A stretch of 64,000 bases of DNA from an uncultured delta proteobacterium (GCA_963814585.1 CAWFDF010000012.1:288001-352000), one strand, 5' to 3'. Shown: positions 1 to 10,255, numbered from the stretch's first letter. The notes: a model not told the origin generated them from the sequence alone. Made by a program: numbers and translations.

Positions 1-2350
1 GGGTGCAGGCCCCGCAGCCGATGCACTTGCCGAGGTCGATGGCCATGCCCCAGCGGTACTCCTCCTTGCCGTAGTCGACGAGCGGCAGGAGCGACTCCTG
101 CGGGCCGCGCTGCTCGTCGAGCTCGTGGGCCGCCCGGTCCAGGTCGGCCACGTCGAAGGCGAGCGCGATGGAGCGCCCCTCCATGGAGAAGTGCTCCTGG
201 GTCTGCGCCAGGGCGTGGGTCCGGCCGGTGGGCTTCAGCTCCAGGCCGCCGTCGATCCACGGCGCGGCCGAGGCTCGCAGCGCGTAGGCGTTGAAGCCGA
301 CGGCGGCGCCGGCCGGACCGGCCACGGCGCGGCCGTAGCCGAGGGGGAGCGTCACGGCCTCGTCGGCGTGCCCGGGCTGGACCAGCACCGGCGCGCTGGT
401 GGTGCGGCCGCGGAGGGTGAGGGTCACCACGCTGCCGGTCTTGACGCCGAGCCGGGCCGCGGTGGCCGGTGAGAGGCTGGCGGCGTTGTCCCAGGTGAGC
501 TTGGAGACCGGGTGGGGCAGCTCCTGCAGCCAGGCGTTCTCGGCGTACCGGCCGTCGAGCGCCTTGTCGTCCGGGGCGAAGCTGGCCTCGAGCCCGGGCC
601 GGGACGGCGGCGCCGCCCGCAGCGCGTCGGCCACGCGGGCCAGGTCGAGCGTCACCTTCACCGGCGCCGCGGAGGACGCGGCCCGGCCGGACACCACGCC
701 GGCCGCCAGCCACTCGCTCCAGGCCCGGTCGAAGCCCGCGTCGGAGGCGCGGGGAGCGCCAGCGCCCGCGTCGAGGGCGCGCGCCTTCCAGCCCTCGCGC
801 ACCAGCCGCCAGGCGCCCAGGTGGCCCAGGTCGACGAAGGCGGCCAGCAGGTCGAGCTCGGTGACGCACTCCACCAGCGGGGAGAGCAGCGGCTGGACGA
901 TCGACGCCGTGCCGTCCCGGCCTCGCAGGTCCCCCCAGCTCTCGAGCGGATGGGCGGCCGCCACCACCACGCCGGCGACCTGGGCCGTCTCGTCGTGGCG
1001 CGAGGTGAGGTAGATGACGTTGGGGACCTTGGCGAGCAGCGCCACGAGATCGACGTCGGCTGGCGCGGTGTAGGCCGGGTTCCAGGCGGTGATGACCAGC
1101 GTGTCGACCTGGCCGGCGCGCAGCTCCTTCGCCAGCAGCTCGAGCCGATCCGGGCCGCTGGCCGGGTCGAGCAGCGCCGGCTCGCGGTAGACCACGGTGG
1201 CCCCGGTGTTGCCGAGCGCCTCGTTGACCGCCGCCGCCAGGGCGTGGGCCGCGGCGGGCTGCCGCCGCCCGGCCAGCACCACGCCGCGGCCGCGGGACCT
1301 GACGAGATCGGCGGCCACCGCGACGGCCTGCCGGTTCCGGTCGCCGGTGAGCGGCGCGCCGAGCGAGGCGAGCTGGGCGAGGCCGTGGTGGGTGGCCAGC
1401 GCCGAGGCCACGGCGCGGCCGAAGCCGAGCACCTCGGAGGCGCGCATGCGGAGCCGGTGATCGGCGGCGCCGCCGGTGACCGTGAAGCTGCCCTCGGCCA
1501 CGTAGAGGCGGTTCATCCCCGAGGGCTGCCCGCGCCGGCTGGCGAAGTCGCGGGCGTGGCGCAGGTGGTCGCCCTCGGTGGCGAGGAAGTCCGAGTCGAG
1601 CGAGAGGATGACGTCGGCCCCGACCAGCCGGAGCTCGGCGTCGAGAGGACGGCCGAAGGCCAGCCTGGCGCCCTCGCGGGCGGCGTCGTCGGCGACCGGG
1701 CCCCAGCTGTCGATGCGCGCCCGGGGGAAGCGGGCCAGCAGCCTGGTCCGCAGGTCGGCCAGGGCCGGCGAGCTGGTCGGCTCGGCCAGGATCCGCAGCC
1801 TGGCGCCGCCGTCCTTGGCGAGCGCGCCGGCCAGCGCCGAGAGCTCGGCGAGGTAGGACGTCCAGGCCACCGCCTGGCCGTGCCGCCGGATTCCGGCCAG
1901 CCGGTTGGGGTCGTAGAGGTCCAGGATGGTGGCCAGCTCGTGGAGGCCGGCGCCGCCGAGGCTGGCCGGGTGGCCGGGGTTGCCCTCCATCTTGGTGGGG
2001 CGGCCCTCGTGGCTCTCGACGACGACGCCCACGCCGTAGCCGCCGCGGGAGACGGCGGAGGCGTAGTGCGCGGCGACGCTGGGAGTCACGCCGGTCGGGC
2101 GCTTGACGTAGGAGACCACCTGCTCGCGCGGCGGCTTGCAGGCGGAGAGTCCGGCCAGCGCGGTCGAGGCGCCGAGGACCTGCAGGAAGGAGCGGCGCGA
2201 GAAGCCCTCGGGCGCCGGCTGCTCGCCGTCGGGGTAGGTCCCGGCGGCCGGATCGACGCTGCCGTCGCGCTCGGCGAGGCTGCGCCAGCGCGTCGCCGGC
2301 TGCCCGCCGGCCGGGGACTGTCCAAGGATGGGGAGGCCTAGCGATGGCAT
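1..2350 (-). CDS. actB: Alternative complex III subunit B (molybdopterin-oxidoreductase-like plus 4Fe-4S domain), 3' end beyond window
   Basis: Manual translation from ATG 2350: MPSLGLP..RWRSLAE..GFSRRSFLQVLGASTALAGLSAC (twin-arginine signal plus lipobox), ESHEGRPTKMEGNPGHPAS. The same frame at the window edge reads YRWGMAIDLGKCIGCGAC. Overlaps the actA stop. Confidence 0.9.
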   Translation of the reverse strand, partial: MPSLGLPILGQSPAGGQPATRWRSLAERDGSVDPAAGTYPDGEQPAPEGFSRRSFLQVLGASTALAGLSACKPPREQVVSYVKRPTGVTPSVAAHYASAVSRGGYGVGVVVESHEGRPTKMEGNPGHPASLGGAGLHELATILDLYDPNRLAGIRRHGQAVAWTSYLAELSALAGALAKDGGARLRILAEPTSSPALADLRTRLLARFPRARIDSWGPVADDAAREGARLAFGRPLDAELRLVGADVILSLDSDFLATEGDHLRHARDFASRRGQPSGMNRLYVAEGSFTVTGGAADHRLRMRASEVLGFGRAVASALATHHGLAQLASLGAPLTGDRNRQAVAVAADLVRSRGRGVVLAGRRQPAAAHALAAAVNEALGNTGATVVYREPALLDPASGPDRLELLAKELRAGQVDTLVITAWNPAYTAPADVDLVALLAKVPNVIYLTSRHDETAQVAGVVVAAAHPLESWGDLRGRDGTASIVQPLLSPLVECVTELDLLAAFVDLGHLGAWRLVREGWKARALDAGAGAPRASDAGFDRAWSEWLAAGVVSGRAASSAAPVKVTLDLARVADALRAAPPSRPGLEASFAPDDKALDGRYAENAWLQELPHPVSKLTWDNAASLSPATAARLGVKTGSVVTLTLRGRTTSAPVLVQPGHADEAVTLPLGYGRAVAGPAGAAVGFNAYALRASAAPWIDGGLELKPTGRTHALAQTQEHFSMEGRSIALAFDVADLDRAAHELDEQRGPQESLLPLVDYGKEEYRWGMAIDLGKCIGCGACT

Positions 2351-2988
2351 GTCGTGCAACTCACTCTCGCGCGGACGTCGTACTGCTTCGCCAGCCTGGC
2401 CCCGACCTCGGCCTGGTTCGCAGGCGCCTGCCACTTCATGTTGGTGATCTGGTCGAGCGGGCGGAGCTTGGGCACCGGGTTGCGGTGGCACTCCAGGCAC
2501 CAGCCCATGCTGAGCGGGAGGGCCTGCTCGATGGAGGCCATCTGGTCGACGCGCCCGTGGCAGTCGGAGCAGCCGATCCCCTTGTTCACGTGGATGGCGT
2601 GGTTGAAGTAGACGAAGTCGGGGAGCTTGTGGACCCGGGTCCACGGGATGGCCTGGCCGGTGAACCAGCTGGCGCGCACCGTGTCGAGCAGCGGGCTCTT
2701 GTTCCAGATCTGCGAGTGGCAGGCGAGGCAGGTCTCGGTGGCCGGGATGCCGGCGCTGGGCGCCTTGTCGACCGTGGCGTGGCAGTACCGGCAGTCGATG
2801 AGATCGTCCTGCACGTGGTGCCGGTGGTCGAACATCACCGGCTGGACGATCTGCTCGTGCTGGCTCAGGCCGTAGGGCGTCCGCACGTACCAGAGGAGGC
2901 CGCCGATGGTCGCGATGGCGCCGCCAGCGAGCAGACCCAGGACGAGCTTGAGGAGGGCGTCGGATCTCGGGGAGAAGAGTGCGCTCAT
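2338..2988 (-). CDS. actA: Alternative complex III pentaheme cytochrome c subunit A
   Basis: N-terminal TM helix, QPVMFDHRHH, five CxxCH motifs (CRYCH, CLACH, CSDCH, CLECH, CTTCH), LPDFVYFNH; directly upstream of actB. Confidence 0.92.
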   Translation of the reverse strand: MSALFSPRSDALLKLVLGLLAGGAIATIGGLLWYVRTPYGLSQHEQIVQPVMFDHRHHVQDDLIDCRYCHATVDKAPSAGIPATETCLACHSQIWNKSPLLDTVRASWFTGQAIPWTRVHKLPDFVYFNHAIHVNKGIGCSDCHGRVDQMASIEQALPLSMGWCLECHRNPVPKLRPLDQITNMKWQAPANQAEVGARLAKQYDVRARVSCTTCHR

Positions 2989-3055
2989 GTGGCGTCGCCG
3001 GCCGCCGACAGTCCGCCGCGCCTGCGCGCGTCGAGGGCCCGCTTCGGGTCGTAAA

Positions 3056-3069
3056 TTGATCTCGGTCAA
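3056..3069. promoter_or_regulatory. FNR/CRP-family binding box upstream of act operon
   Basis: TTGAT-CTCG-GTCAA, 9/10 match to the FNR consensus TTGAT-N4-ATCAA, about 70 bp upstream of the actA start. Confidence 0.6.
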
Positions 3070-3129
3070 GGCCGAGCGAAAGGTCCCGAAAGGGTACAGG
3101 CTGAAGATATTCCCGGCGGGCTCCGCCTG

Positions 3130-3828
3130 CTACGCCTTCTGGGGGGGCTCCATGCACCAGCGGCCCCGCAGCGTGGGCCGCGCGAGCGCCCCGGAGAGGG
3201 CTGCCAGGAAGCGGTCCCGCGGCCAGTCCTCGGCGCCGAAGCGGGCCAGGTGCTCGGTCCGGACCTGGCAGTCGATGAGCCGCACGCCGCGCGCCGCAAG
3301 CCACTCGACGCTCTCCACGAAGGCGAGCTTCGACGCGTCGGGCCGCACCGAGAACATGGACTCCCCGAAGAAGGCCGCGCCCAGCGAGACGCCGTACAGG
3401 CCCCCGACCAGCGCCTCCCCCTCCCAGGCCTCGAAGGAGTGGGCGAGGCCCCGGGCGTGGAGCTGGCGGTAAGCCCGGATCATCGCCGGCGTGATCCAGG
3501 TCCCTTCCTGGTCCGGCCGATCGATGGCGGCGCAGGCGCGGATGACGCGGTCGAAGGCGGTGTCGGCGGTGAGCCGGTACGGGGCGCGCCGGCGGGCCCG
3601 GGCCAGCGACCGGGGGACGTGGAGGCGGGCCGGATCGAGCACCAGCCTCGGGTCGGGCGACCACCAGAGGATCGGGGAGTCGGGGCCGTACCAGGGGAAG
3701 ATGCCGGCGGCGTAGGCGGCGAGCAGCCGCTCGGGGGAGAGGTCCCCGCCCACCGCCAGCAGCCCGTCCGGCTCGGCCTGGCGCGGGTCCGGGAAGGCGA
3801 CCTCGCGCGGAAGCCGGAAGAGCGTCAC
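3130..3828 (-). CDS. aat: Leucyl/phenylalanyl-tRNA--protein transferase
   Basis: GLLAVGGDLSPERLLAAYAAGIFPWY, WWSPDPR, FFGESMFS, DASK motifs. Confidence 0.95.
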   Translation of the reverse strand: MTLFRLPREVAFPDPRQAEPDGLLAVGGDLSPERLLAAYAAGIFPWYGPDSPILWWSPDPRLVLDPARLHVPRSLARARRRAPYRLTADTAFDRVIRACAAIDRPDQEGTWITPAMIRAYRQLHARGLAHSFEAWEGEALVGGLYGVSLGAAFFGESMFSVRPDASKLAFVESVEWLAARGVRLIDCQVRTEHLARFGAEDWPRDRFLAALSGALARPTLRGRWCMEPPQKA

Positions 3829-3865
3829 CGCCGCAGTCTATTCGACCGCGGCGGGTCGGAGGGGA

Positions 3866-4045
3866 CTACCCGCGAGGCGTGCAGGGGACGGGGGCGCCGG
3901 ACCGCTGCGCCAGCGACTGGTGGCCGGCCTCCCGGGACTGGACCGCGGTGACCGACTCGGGCGCCGGCGAGGGCGGCGAGGCGATGCTGGCGATGAAGGC
4001 GAACTCAAAGGCGGCGACGGCGGCGGCGAGGATGATGGTCTTCAT
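3866..4045 (-). CDS. Small (59 aa) exported or membrane-anchored hypothetical protein
   Basis: AGGAGG Shine-Dalgarno (4051-4056) before ATG 4045; MKTIILAAAVAAFEFAFIASIA hydrophobic N-terminus. Confidence 0.6.
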   Translation of the reverse strand: MKTIILAAAVAAFEFAFIASIASPPSPAPESVTAVQSREAGHQSLAQRSGAPVPCTPRG

Positions 4046-4133
4046 GGCGACCTCCTGATGCCCTTCCCTACGAGCACCCGTCGCCGCTATTTCGGTCCCC
4101 GCCTGACACCCCGTCAGGGTGCCGGCGGTCACC

Positions 4134-4694
4134 TCAACCGCCCTGCCCCAGGTCCTCCCGGAGCGCGGACCGCTGGCCTTCGGTCAAGGCCGTCTCGGCG
4201 GTGAGGGCGGGGTGATCGGCCCCCATCGCCACCGGGACCGCGCCGTGCACGTCGAACCTCAGGTACTGCACGGAGGAGAGCCGGTCATCTCCCACCTGCC
4301 GCGGGTCGTAGCGCGGGCGCACCCGGGTCCCGTCCTCGAGCCGCGCGTACAGGCACGGCATCAGGCCCAGCCACTCGCGGAGCTTCCGGTCGCGCTCCGC
4401 CGGCTCGGCGATCTCGATGAGCAGCACCGCCCCCAGCTCCCCGGGACCGCCCAGCACCTCGTTGTAGGTCTCGAGCTCGTGGCGGATCTCCGGCTCGCCG
4501 GTCATCCGCTCGGCCCGGACCATCTCCTGCACCTGGTAGCGGATGGTGGCGGTGTTCTCGAAGAGGAAGGTGAGCGCGCCGCCGACGGTGACGCGCCGTC
4601 GCGCCTTGGCCTCCATGATGGCCGCCCGGATCTCGTTTCGCGACCGCTCGTAGGCGTCGAGCGGCATGATCTCGTCGCGCCGGACCGGCCTCAT
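4134..4694 (-). CDS. DUF3501 family protein
   Basis: RRVTVGGALTFLFEN..TIRYQVQEMVRAE..IRHELETYN..SSVQYLRF; ATGA-coupled to the upstream Fe-S oxidoreductase; typical rubrerythrin operon context. Confidence 0.85.
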   Translation of the reverse strand: MRPVRRDEIMPLDAYERSRNEIRAAIMEAKARRRVTVGGALTFLFENTATIRYQVQEMVRAERMTGEPEIRHELETYNEVLGGPGELGAVLLIEIAEPAERDRKLREWLGLMPCLYARLEDGTRVRPRYDPRQVGDDRLSSVQYLRFDVHGAVPVAMGADHPALTAETALTEGQRSALREDLGQGG

Positions 4695-6049
4695 GAGCGG
4701 CCTCCCCCACCCGGCTCGAACCCCTCGCCCCGGTAGGCCCGCGCCAGCACCGTGACCGGGTGGAGCGGCTTCTTGCCGGCGTGCTGCTGGAACTGGATGG
4801 CCGCCAGCGGGCAGTCGGTGGCCCAGGTCTCGGCCTGGGCCGCGGCCATGCCGTCGAAGGCCTTCTTGCCGATGCGCGCCGACGGCCCGAACCCCTCCAC
4901 CGTCATGGCGAAGGTGCCGTCGTGGCCGCAGCACTCCATCACGGTGCCGGTGACGGTGACGCCCGGGATCTTGCGCAGCAGGTCGCGTCCCTTGAAGCCG
5001 ACCCCCTGCGCGCGCAGGTGGCAGGGGGCGTGGTAGGCCACCCGCCCGCCCGGCGGCGTGCTCTTGAAGTCGGTGCTGAAGCGCGGCTGCTCGCGGATCG
5101 ACCAGAGGTACTCCGAGACGTCCATCACCGCCGGCGCCAGCCGCCCGGCGCGGGCCCGATCCTCGCCCTCGAGCAGGTGCGGCCACTCCCGCCGCATCAT
5201 CATCGAGCAGGTCGGGTTGATCACCAGCACCTTGGCCCCGCGCTCCACGTAGGGGAGGAGCCGGTCGAGGTCGTGGTGGGCCTGGGCCCGCAGCGAGCCG
5301 AGGTCGCCCTGCTCCCAGGCCGGCATGCCGCAGCAGCGCAGCCCGCGCACCACCCGCACGTCGACGCCGCACCTCTTCAGCACCTCGAGCGCGTCCTTGC
5401 CCAGCTGCGGCTCGTTGTGCTGGACGAAGCAGGTCTGGAAGAGCACCGCCTCCCCGCCGGGCTCGGGCTGGATCAGCCCTTGCCGCTCGGCCCACCGGTC
5501 GAACGGCTCGGCGGCGAAGTCGGGCAACAGCTTGTCGCGGTGGATCCCCGCCGTCTTCTCCAGCAGCACCCGGAACGGCCTCACCCGGTTCATGGCGTTG
5601 GCCATGCCGAAGCTGGCCCGCGCCATGGCGGCGGCGCCGTCGGGGTCGTTGAGCACGCGCATCCGCAGCGACTTCCCCTGGCCGCGCCGCTTCACCCCGC
5701 GCCAGCGGTGGACCAGCTTGGGGAAGTCGAGCTGGAACTCGTGCTTGTCACGCGGCGTGTACGGGCACTGGACCTCGCAGAGCTTGCACTGGAAGCAGGC
5801 GTCCATCACCGCCCGCTCCTCGTCGGCCGTGACCTTCCGGACGTCGCCATCGTGCCGCTCGTCGATGGCCTTGAAGAGCAGGGGGAAGCTGTCGCAGTAC
5901 TTGAAGCACATGCGGCAGCCGTGACAGATCTCGAAGGCGCGGTGGACCTCCCCGGCCAGGGCCTCGGGCTGCCAGTAGATCGGCTCGGAGGGATCGTAGG
6001 AGAGGCCTGCGGTGGGCTGGTAGGAGATGCTCTTCGATTGGTCGCTCAT
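4691..6049 (-). CDS. Rubrerythrin-associated Fe-S oxidoreductase (GlpC/HdrD-like, 4Fe-4S plus CCG domains)
   Basis: [34 protein letters not shown] motifs; start MSDQSKS at 6049. Confidence 0.88.
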   Translation of the reverse strand: MSDQSKSISYQPTAGLSYDPSEPIYWQPEALAGEVHRAFEICHGCRMCFKYCDSFPLLFKAIDERHDGDVRKVTADEERAVMDACFQCKLCEVQCPYTPRDKHEFQLDFPKLVHRWRGVKRRGQGKSLRMRVLNDPDGAAAMARASFGMANAMNRVRPFRVLLEKTAGIHRDKLLPDFAAEPFDRWAERQGLIQPEPGGEAVLFQTCFVQHNEPQLGKDALEVLKRCGVDVRVVRGLRCCGMPAWEQGDLGSLRAQAHHDLDRLLPYVERGAKVLVINPTCSMMMRREWPHLLEGEDRARAGRLAPAVMDVSEYLWSIREQPRFSTDFKSTPPGGRVAYHAPCHLRAQGVGFKGRDLLRKIPGVTVTGTVMECCGHDGTFAMTVEGFGPSARIGKKAFDGMAAAQAETWATDCPLAAIQFQQHAGKKPLHPVTVLARAYRGEGFEPGGGGRS

Positions 6050-6146
6050 GGGCGAAGTCTCCCGCAGGAGGCCGGCGATCGCCAGAGACGAGGAAGCCCG
6101 ACGCCCCGTTCGAGGTGCGCCGGGCTCCCGGATCGCGCAGTCGCTG

Positions 6147-6566
6147 TCAGCTGATGGTCTTGAGCATCTTGTCGAAGCGGCCGGCGTGCGACTTCTCCGC
6201 CTTGGCCAGCGTCTCGAACCAGTCGGCGATCTCCTTGAAGCCCTCGTCGCGCGCCGTCTTGGCCATGCCCGGGTACATGTCGGTGTACTCGTGGGTCTCA
6301 CCGGCGATGGAGGCCTTCAGGTTGGTGGAGGTGTCGCCGAGCGGGAGGCCCGTGGCCGGATCACCCACCTCCTTGATGAAGTCGAGGTGGCCGTGGGCGT
6401 GGCCGGTCTCGCCCTCGGCGGTCTCGCGGAAATTGGAGGCGACCTCCGGGTAGCCCTCCACGTCGGCGACCTTGGCGAAGTAGAGGTAGCGGCGGTTGGC
6501 CTGGGACTCGCCGGCGAAGGCGTCCTTGAGGTTCTGGTGGGTCTTGCTGCCCTTCAGGTTGGCCAT
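6147..6566 (-). CDS. rbr: Rubrerythrin (short, no rubredoxin domain)
   Basis: [48 protein letters not shown] diiron motifs; purine-rich SD before ATG. Confidence 0.93.
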   Translation of the reverse strand: MANLKGSKTHQNLKDAFAGESQANRRYLYFAKVADVEGYPEVASNFRETAEGETGHAHGHLDFIKEVGDPATGLPLGDTSTNLKASIAGETHEYTDMYPGMAKTARDEGFKEIADWFETLAKAEKSHAGRFDKMLKTIS

Positions 6567-6607
6567 GGTTCTTCCCTTCCTTGGTTGATGGAGTCCTGTT
6601 GTCCCGG

Positions 6608-6622
6608 TGATATCTTGTCTCA
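6608..6622. promoter_or_regulatory. Possible Fur/PerR-family box upstream of rbr
   Basis: AT-rich TGATATCTTGTCTCA, a partial match to the 7-1-7 TGATAAT-N-ATTATCA pattern, about 40 bp upstream of rbr. Confidence 0.35.
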
Positions 6623-6668
6623 ATATGCCGGCTGCACGTCCCGTTTGGGGCCCATCCGGCAGCGCCGC

Positions 6669-7655
6669 CTAGATGTTCTGGGACAGGATCAGGTGGACGT
6701 ACTGCGCCCGCTCGAACGCTCCCGGATCGCTGATCTGCTTCTGGGAGAGGGTCCCCCGGAACTCGTCGATGCTGGAGTGGCCGCGCCGCTCCATCCACTC
6801 CTCGATCCCCTGCCGGACCTTGCCGAGGTGCGCCACCCCGTTGCGCGACAGGGCGGAGGCGAGCTGCACCACGGTGGCCCCTGCCAGCAGCTGCTTGATC
6901 GCGCCGGCCGAGTCGTGGACCCCGGTCGAGGCGGCCAGGTCGAGCTGGACGCGGCCATGGAGCAGGCCGATCCAGCGCAGCGGGAGCAGCGCCTCGCTCG
7001 GCGTGGACAGGCTCATCACGCTGGCCGGGGCCATCCGCTCCAGCGAGATGTCGGGCTGGAGGAAGCGGTTGAAGAGCACCACGCCGGCGACGCCGGTCTG
7101 CTGGAGCTGGGCCACCACGTTGGCGAGCGAGGTGAAGTAGGGTGAGAGCTTCACCGCCACCGGGATCTTCACGGCCGCCTTGATGCCCGCCACCGCCTCG
7201 ACGTAGCGCCGCTCCACCTCGGCCCCGGGCAGCGACGGGTCGGCCTCCACCGCGTAGACGTTCACCTCCAGCGCATCGGCGCCGGCGTCCGCGATCTGCC
7301 GGGCGTAGCCGGTCCAGCTCCCCGGCGAGCAGCAGTTGAGGCTGGCGATGACCGGGATGTGGAGCGCCTTCTTGGCCCGCTGCACCAGCGAGAGGTACTC
7401 GTGCGGCCCGACCCGCTGCGGCGGGAAGTAGGTGCGGGCCTCGGGGTTGGACTCGGAGAACTTCGCGGCCGCCTCCTCCAGCTCGGTGCTGGCCGCCTCG
7501 ATCTGCTCCTCGAAGAGCGAGCGGAGCACCACGGCGCCGGCCCCGTGCCCCTCGGCCGCCTCGAGGTTCTCGAGCCGGTTGGAGATCGCGGAGGAAGCGA
7601 GGACCAGCGGGCTCGGCAGCTGGAGCCCCAGGTACTCGGTGGTCAGGTCGGCCAT
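6669..7655 (-). CDS. Dihydroorotate dehydrogenase-like FMN protein
   Basis: [60 protein letters not shown]. Confidence 0.85.
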   Translation of the reverse strand: MADLTTEYLGLQLPSPLVLASSAISNRLENLEAAEGHGAGAVVLRSLFEEQIEAASTELEEAAAKFSESNPEARTYFPPQRVGPHEYLSLVQRAKKALHIPVIASLNCCSPGSWTGYARQIADAGADALEVNVYAVEADPSLPGAEVERRYVEAVAGIKAAVKIPVAVKLSPYFTSLANVVAQLQQTGVAGVVLFNRFLQPDISLERMAPASVMSLSTPSEALLPLRWIGLLHGRVQLDLAASTGVHDSAGAIKQLLAGATVVQLASALSRNGVAHLGKVRQGIEEWMERRGHSSIDEFRGTLSQKQISDPGAFERAQYVHLILSQNI

Positions 7656-7848
7656 GTGTTCCCCTCTCGAAGGTGGAAGCTGCGGTCAGCGAGGACAGGC
7701 TACAGGAAGGCGAAGCGCGCGGAGCGTCCTCGACGGGTATAGGGCCTCCGCTCGCGGTTCGCCACGCCCATCGACCCGCCGTCACCCTGCCGCGGCGAGA
7801 GGTGCGGCTCCCCGAACCAGGCCTCATGCCTGGGGCGGGGCACCAGCG

Positions 7849-8301
7849 TCAGGCCTCGGGCCGGACGGTCAGCACCGGGCAGGTGGAGCGGCGAACCACC
7901 CGCTCGGCCACCGATCCCATCAGCGCGTGCTGGATCCCGGTCCGGCCGTGGGTGCCGAGGACCACCAGGTCGGTGTGCTGCTCCTTGGCGAAGGCCAGGA
8001 TCTCGTGGGCCGGCTCGCCGACGGCGGTGGCGGTCTCGACGTGGGCGATGCCCATGCCCTCGGCGATCCCCTTCCACTCCAGCAGGTGGCGACTGGCCTG
8101 CTCCGAGAGCTCGTCGAGCATCTTGCTCGACGCGACGAACGAGCCATCGGGGAAGGTGTAGCCGGGCACCGGGTAGGCGTGGAAGAGCGCCACCTTGGCG
8201 CCGTAGCGCCTGGACAGCTCGGCGGCCACCTCCAGCGCCGCGCGCGAGGCGTCGGAGAAGTCGATGGGGCAGAGGATCCGCTTCCAGTCGGCGCTCGGCA
8301 T
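7849..8301 (-). CDS. Universal stress protein (UspA family)
   Basis: KRILCPIDFSD..DLVVLGTHGRTG..MGSVAERVVRRSTCPVL; GAGG-type SD. Confidence 0.92.
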   Translation of the reverse strand: MPSADWKRILCPIDFSDASRAALEVAAELSRRYGAKVALFHAYPVPGYTFPDGSFVASSKMLDELSEQASRHLLEWKGIAEGMGIAHVETATAVGEPAHEILAFAKEQHTDLVVLGTHGRTGIQHALMGSVAERVVRRSTCPVLTVRPEA

Positions 8302-8487
8302 GCTTCCCTCCCGGGGACCTGGGGTTCGCTGGCGAGCCGATCCTACGCCGGTTGGGGGATTTTCGGCGCGCCCCTGACCGGGGCCGTCCGCCGGGGGAGA
8401 CCGGAACGCACGGGATCCCGTCACGCGGGGGTGGAAGATCCCCTCACCGTCTCGCCGGGCCACGCCACCGGCGAGGCGCTGGGCGGC

Positions 8488-9699
8488 TCACGGGTCGTCC
8501 CTCCGGTCGACCCGCCGACCGTCGGTCCCGGCCTGGCCCGGCGCCCGTCGCACGTCGGTCACGAAGGAGCCGACGGCGTCGATGGCCTGGTCGAGGAAGG
8601 CCTCGAAGCGCCCCAGCTCGTCGTCGGAGCGTGGCGGGACGTCCAGCGCCTTCCAGTCGCCCCTGGCCATGCGCTCCGGCAGCTCCTCGAGCGTCCTGGT
8701 CATTCGCGCCACCGGCTCGAAGACCAGCGTCTCCAGCATGAAGGCCACCAGCGCCGCCAGCGCCGCCGCCAGCAGCACCACCAGCACCACCACCTGGAGC
8801 CGCAGCTCGTCCACGCCGGCCAGGAGCGCCGTGATCTCGTGCCGCTCCACGACCGCGCCGATCACCCTGCCCTCGCCGTCGCGCAGCGGGAAGATCCCTC
8901 GCACCCAGGTGCGGTCACCGCGCGCCTCGCGCCCCAGCAGCGCCGGCTGGATCGGCACCTGGGCCATCCGGTCCAGCCCGCCCAGCAGCGACCCGTCGCC
9001 GCCGCTGCGGCCCACCTCGAGGAGCTCGGACCGCTCCTCCCAGCGCTCGGGGCGGACGCTGACCCGCTGCCAGCTGCCCCGGTCGAGCTGCCCCTTGTCG
9101 AGCAGCATGCCGTATTCGTCCCCGGTGAGCCGGGCCAGGCGGATCAGGAAGGAGTCGATGTCGGTCCCCAGCTCGACGTAGCCGAGCCGCCTTCCCTTCG
9201 ACACCCAGGGCCGGACCACCCGCACCGCGTAGCTGGTTCGCCCCAGCTCCACCCCACGGGCCTCCGCCCCGCTGGCCACCGCCCGCCGCAGGGAGGGCCG
9301 CCTCACCACGTCGCCGCGGAGCTCGGGCTGGTGGACCCGCAGCAGGACGCCGGCGCCCGGATCGACCGGGTGGAAGTACCAGTGGGTCACCCCATGGGCC
9401 TCGCGGAGCCGGCGGAGCAGTGGCCCGGCGTCGGCCAGCAGCGCCGCCCGGTCCTTCCTGGCGAAGGCCTCGTTCAGCGAGTCGTCCTGCTCGAGGACGT
9501 CGAGCAGGGCCGAGAGGCGATCCTCCTCGGCCGCCTCGATGCTGGCCAGCGCCGCGGCCGCCTGCTGCACCTCGTGGAGGGCGGCCTGGTCGACGCTGCG
9601 CTGGTGGACGAAGCGCAGCAGCACCGCGGTGGCCACGGCGATGAGCGCCAGGCCGGCCACCAGGGGGGCGATGAGCTTGGCGCGGATCGAGCGAATCAC
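8488..9699 (-). CDS. Membrane sensor: TM-Cache-like-TM-HAMP, no output domain
   Basis: Two TM segments flank a periplasmic domain (LLRVHQP..GD..GVELG..LGYVELG); then HAMP (EPVARMT..RSDDELGRF) and a stop about 30 aa later. Confidence 0.7.
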   Translation of the reverse strand: MIRSIRAKLIAPLVAGLALIAVATAVLLRFVHQRSVDQAALHEVQQAAAALASIEAAEEDRLSALLDVLEQDDSLNEAFARKDRAALLADAGPLLRRLREAHGVTHWYFHPVDPGAGVLLRVHQPELRGDVVRRPSLRRAVASGAEARGVELGRTSYAVRVVRPWVSKGRRLGYVELGTDIDSFLIRLARLTGDEYGMLLDKGQLDRGSWQRVSVRPERWEERSELLEVGRSGGDGSLLGGLDRMAQVPIQPALLGREARGDRTWVRGIFPLRDGEGRVIGAVVERHEITALLAGVDELRLQVVVLVVLLAAALAALVAFMLETLVFEPVARMTRTLEELPERMARGDWKALDVPPRSDDELGRFEAFLDQAIDAVGSFVTDVRRAPGQAGTDGRRVDRRDDP

Positions 9700-9714
9700 G
9701 CCCGGGGCCCTCGG

Positions 9715-10233
9715 TCAGTATCGGAGCAGCGCGTGGACGTTGGCGGCGCCCAGCCGGGAGGAACCGCCCAGGAAGCCCAGCTCGACCACGAAGGCGTAGC
9801 CGACCAGCTCGGCCTGCTGCCGCTCCACGAGGCGTCCGGCCGCCTCGGCGGTGCCCCCGGTGGCCAGCACGTCGTCCACCACCAGGACCCGCTCCCCGGG
9901 CTGGAAGGCGTCGTCGTGGAGCTCCAGCACCGCCTCCCCATACTCGAGCGCGTAGGCCTCGCGGATGGTCTTCCACGGCAGCTTGCCCGGCTTGCGGACG
10001 ATGGTCAGCCCGGTCCCGAGCACGTAAGCCAGCGGCGCGGCGAAGACGAAGCCCCGCGACTCGATGCCGACGATCTTGTGGACCCGCTCGCCGCGCCAGC
10101 GCTGGGCCAGCGCGTCGATGACCTGCCGGAAGAGGCGCGGGTCGGAGAGGATGGGGGTGATGTCCTTGAAGACCACCCCGGGCCGGGGGAAGTCGGGGAC
10201 GTCGCGGATGGCGGCGCGAACGGCGTCGAGCAT
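9715..10233 (-). CDS. apt: Adenine phosphoribosyltransferase
   Basis: [43 protein letters not shown]. Confidence 0.96.
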   Translation of the reverse strand: MLDAVRAAIRDVPDFPRPGVVFKDITPILSDPRLFRQVIDALAQRWRGERVHKIVGIESRGFVFAAPLAYVLGTGLTIVRKPGKLPWKTIREAYALEYGEAVLELHDDAFQPGERVLVVDDVLATGGTAEAAGRLVERQQAELVGYAFVVELGFLGGSSRLGAANVHALLRY

Positions 10234-10255
10234 GACGTGATCCTTTAGCACGGGC

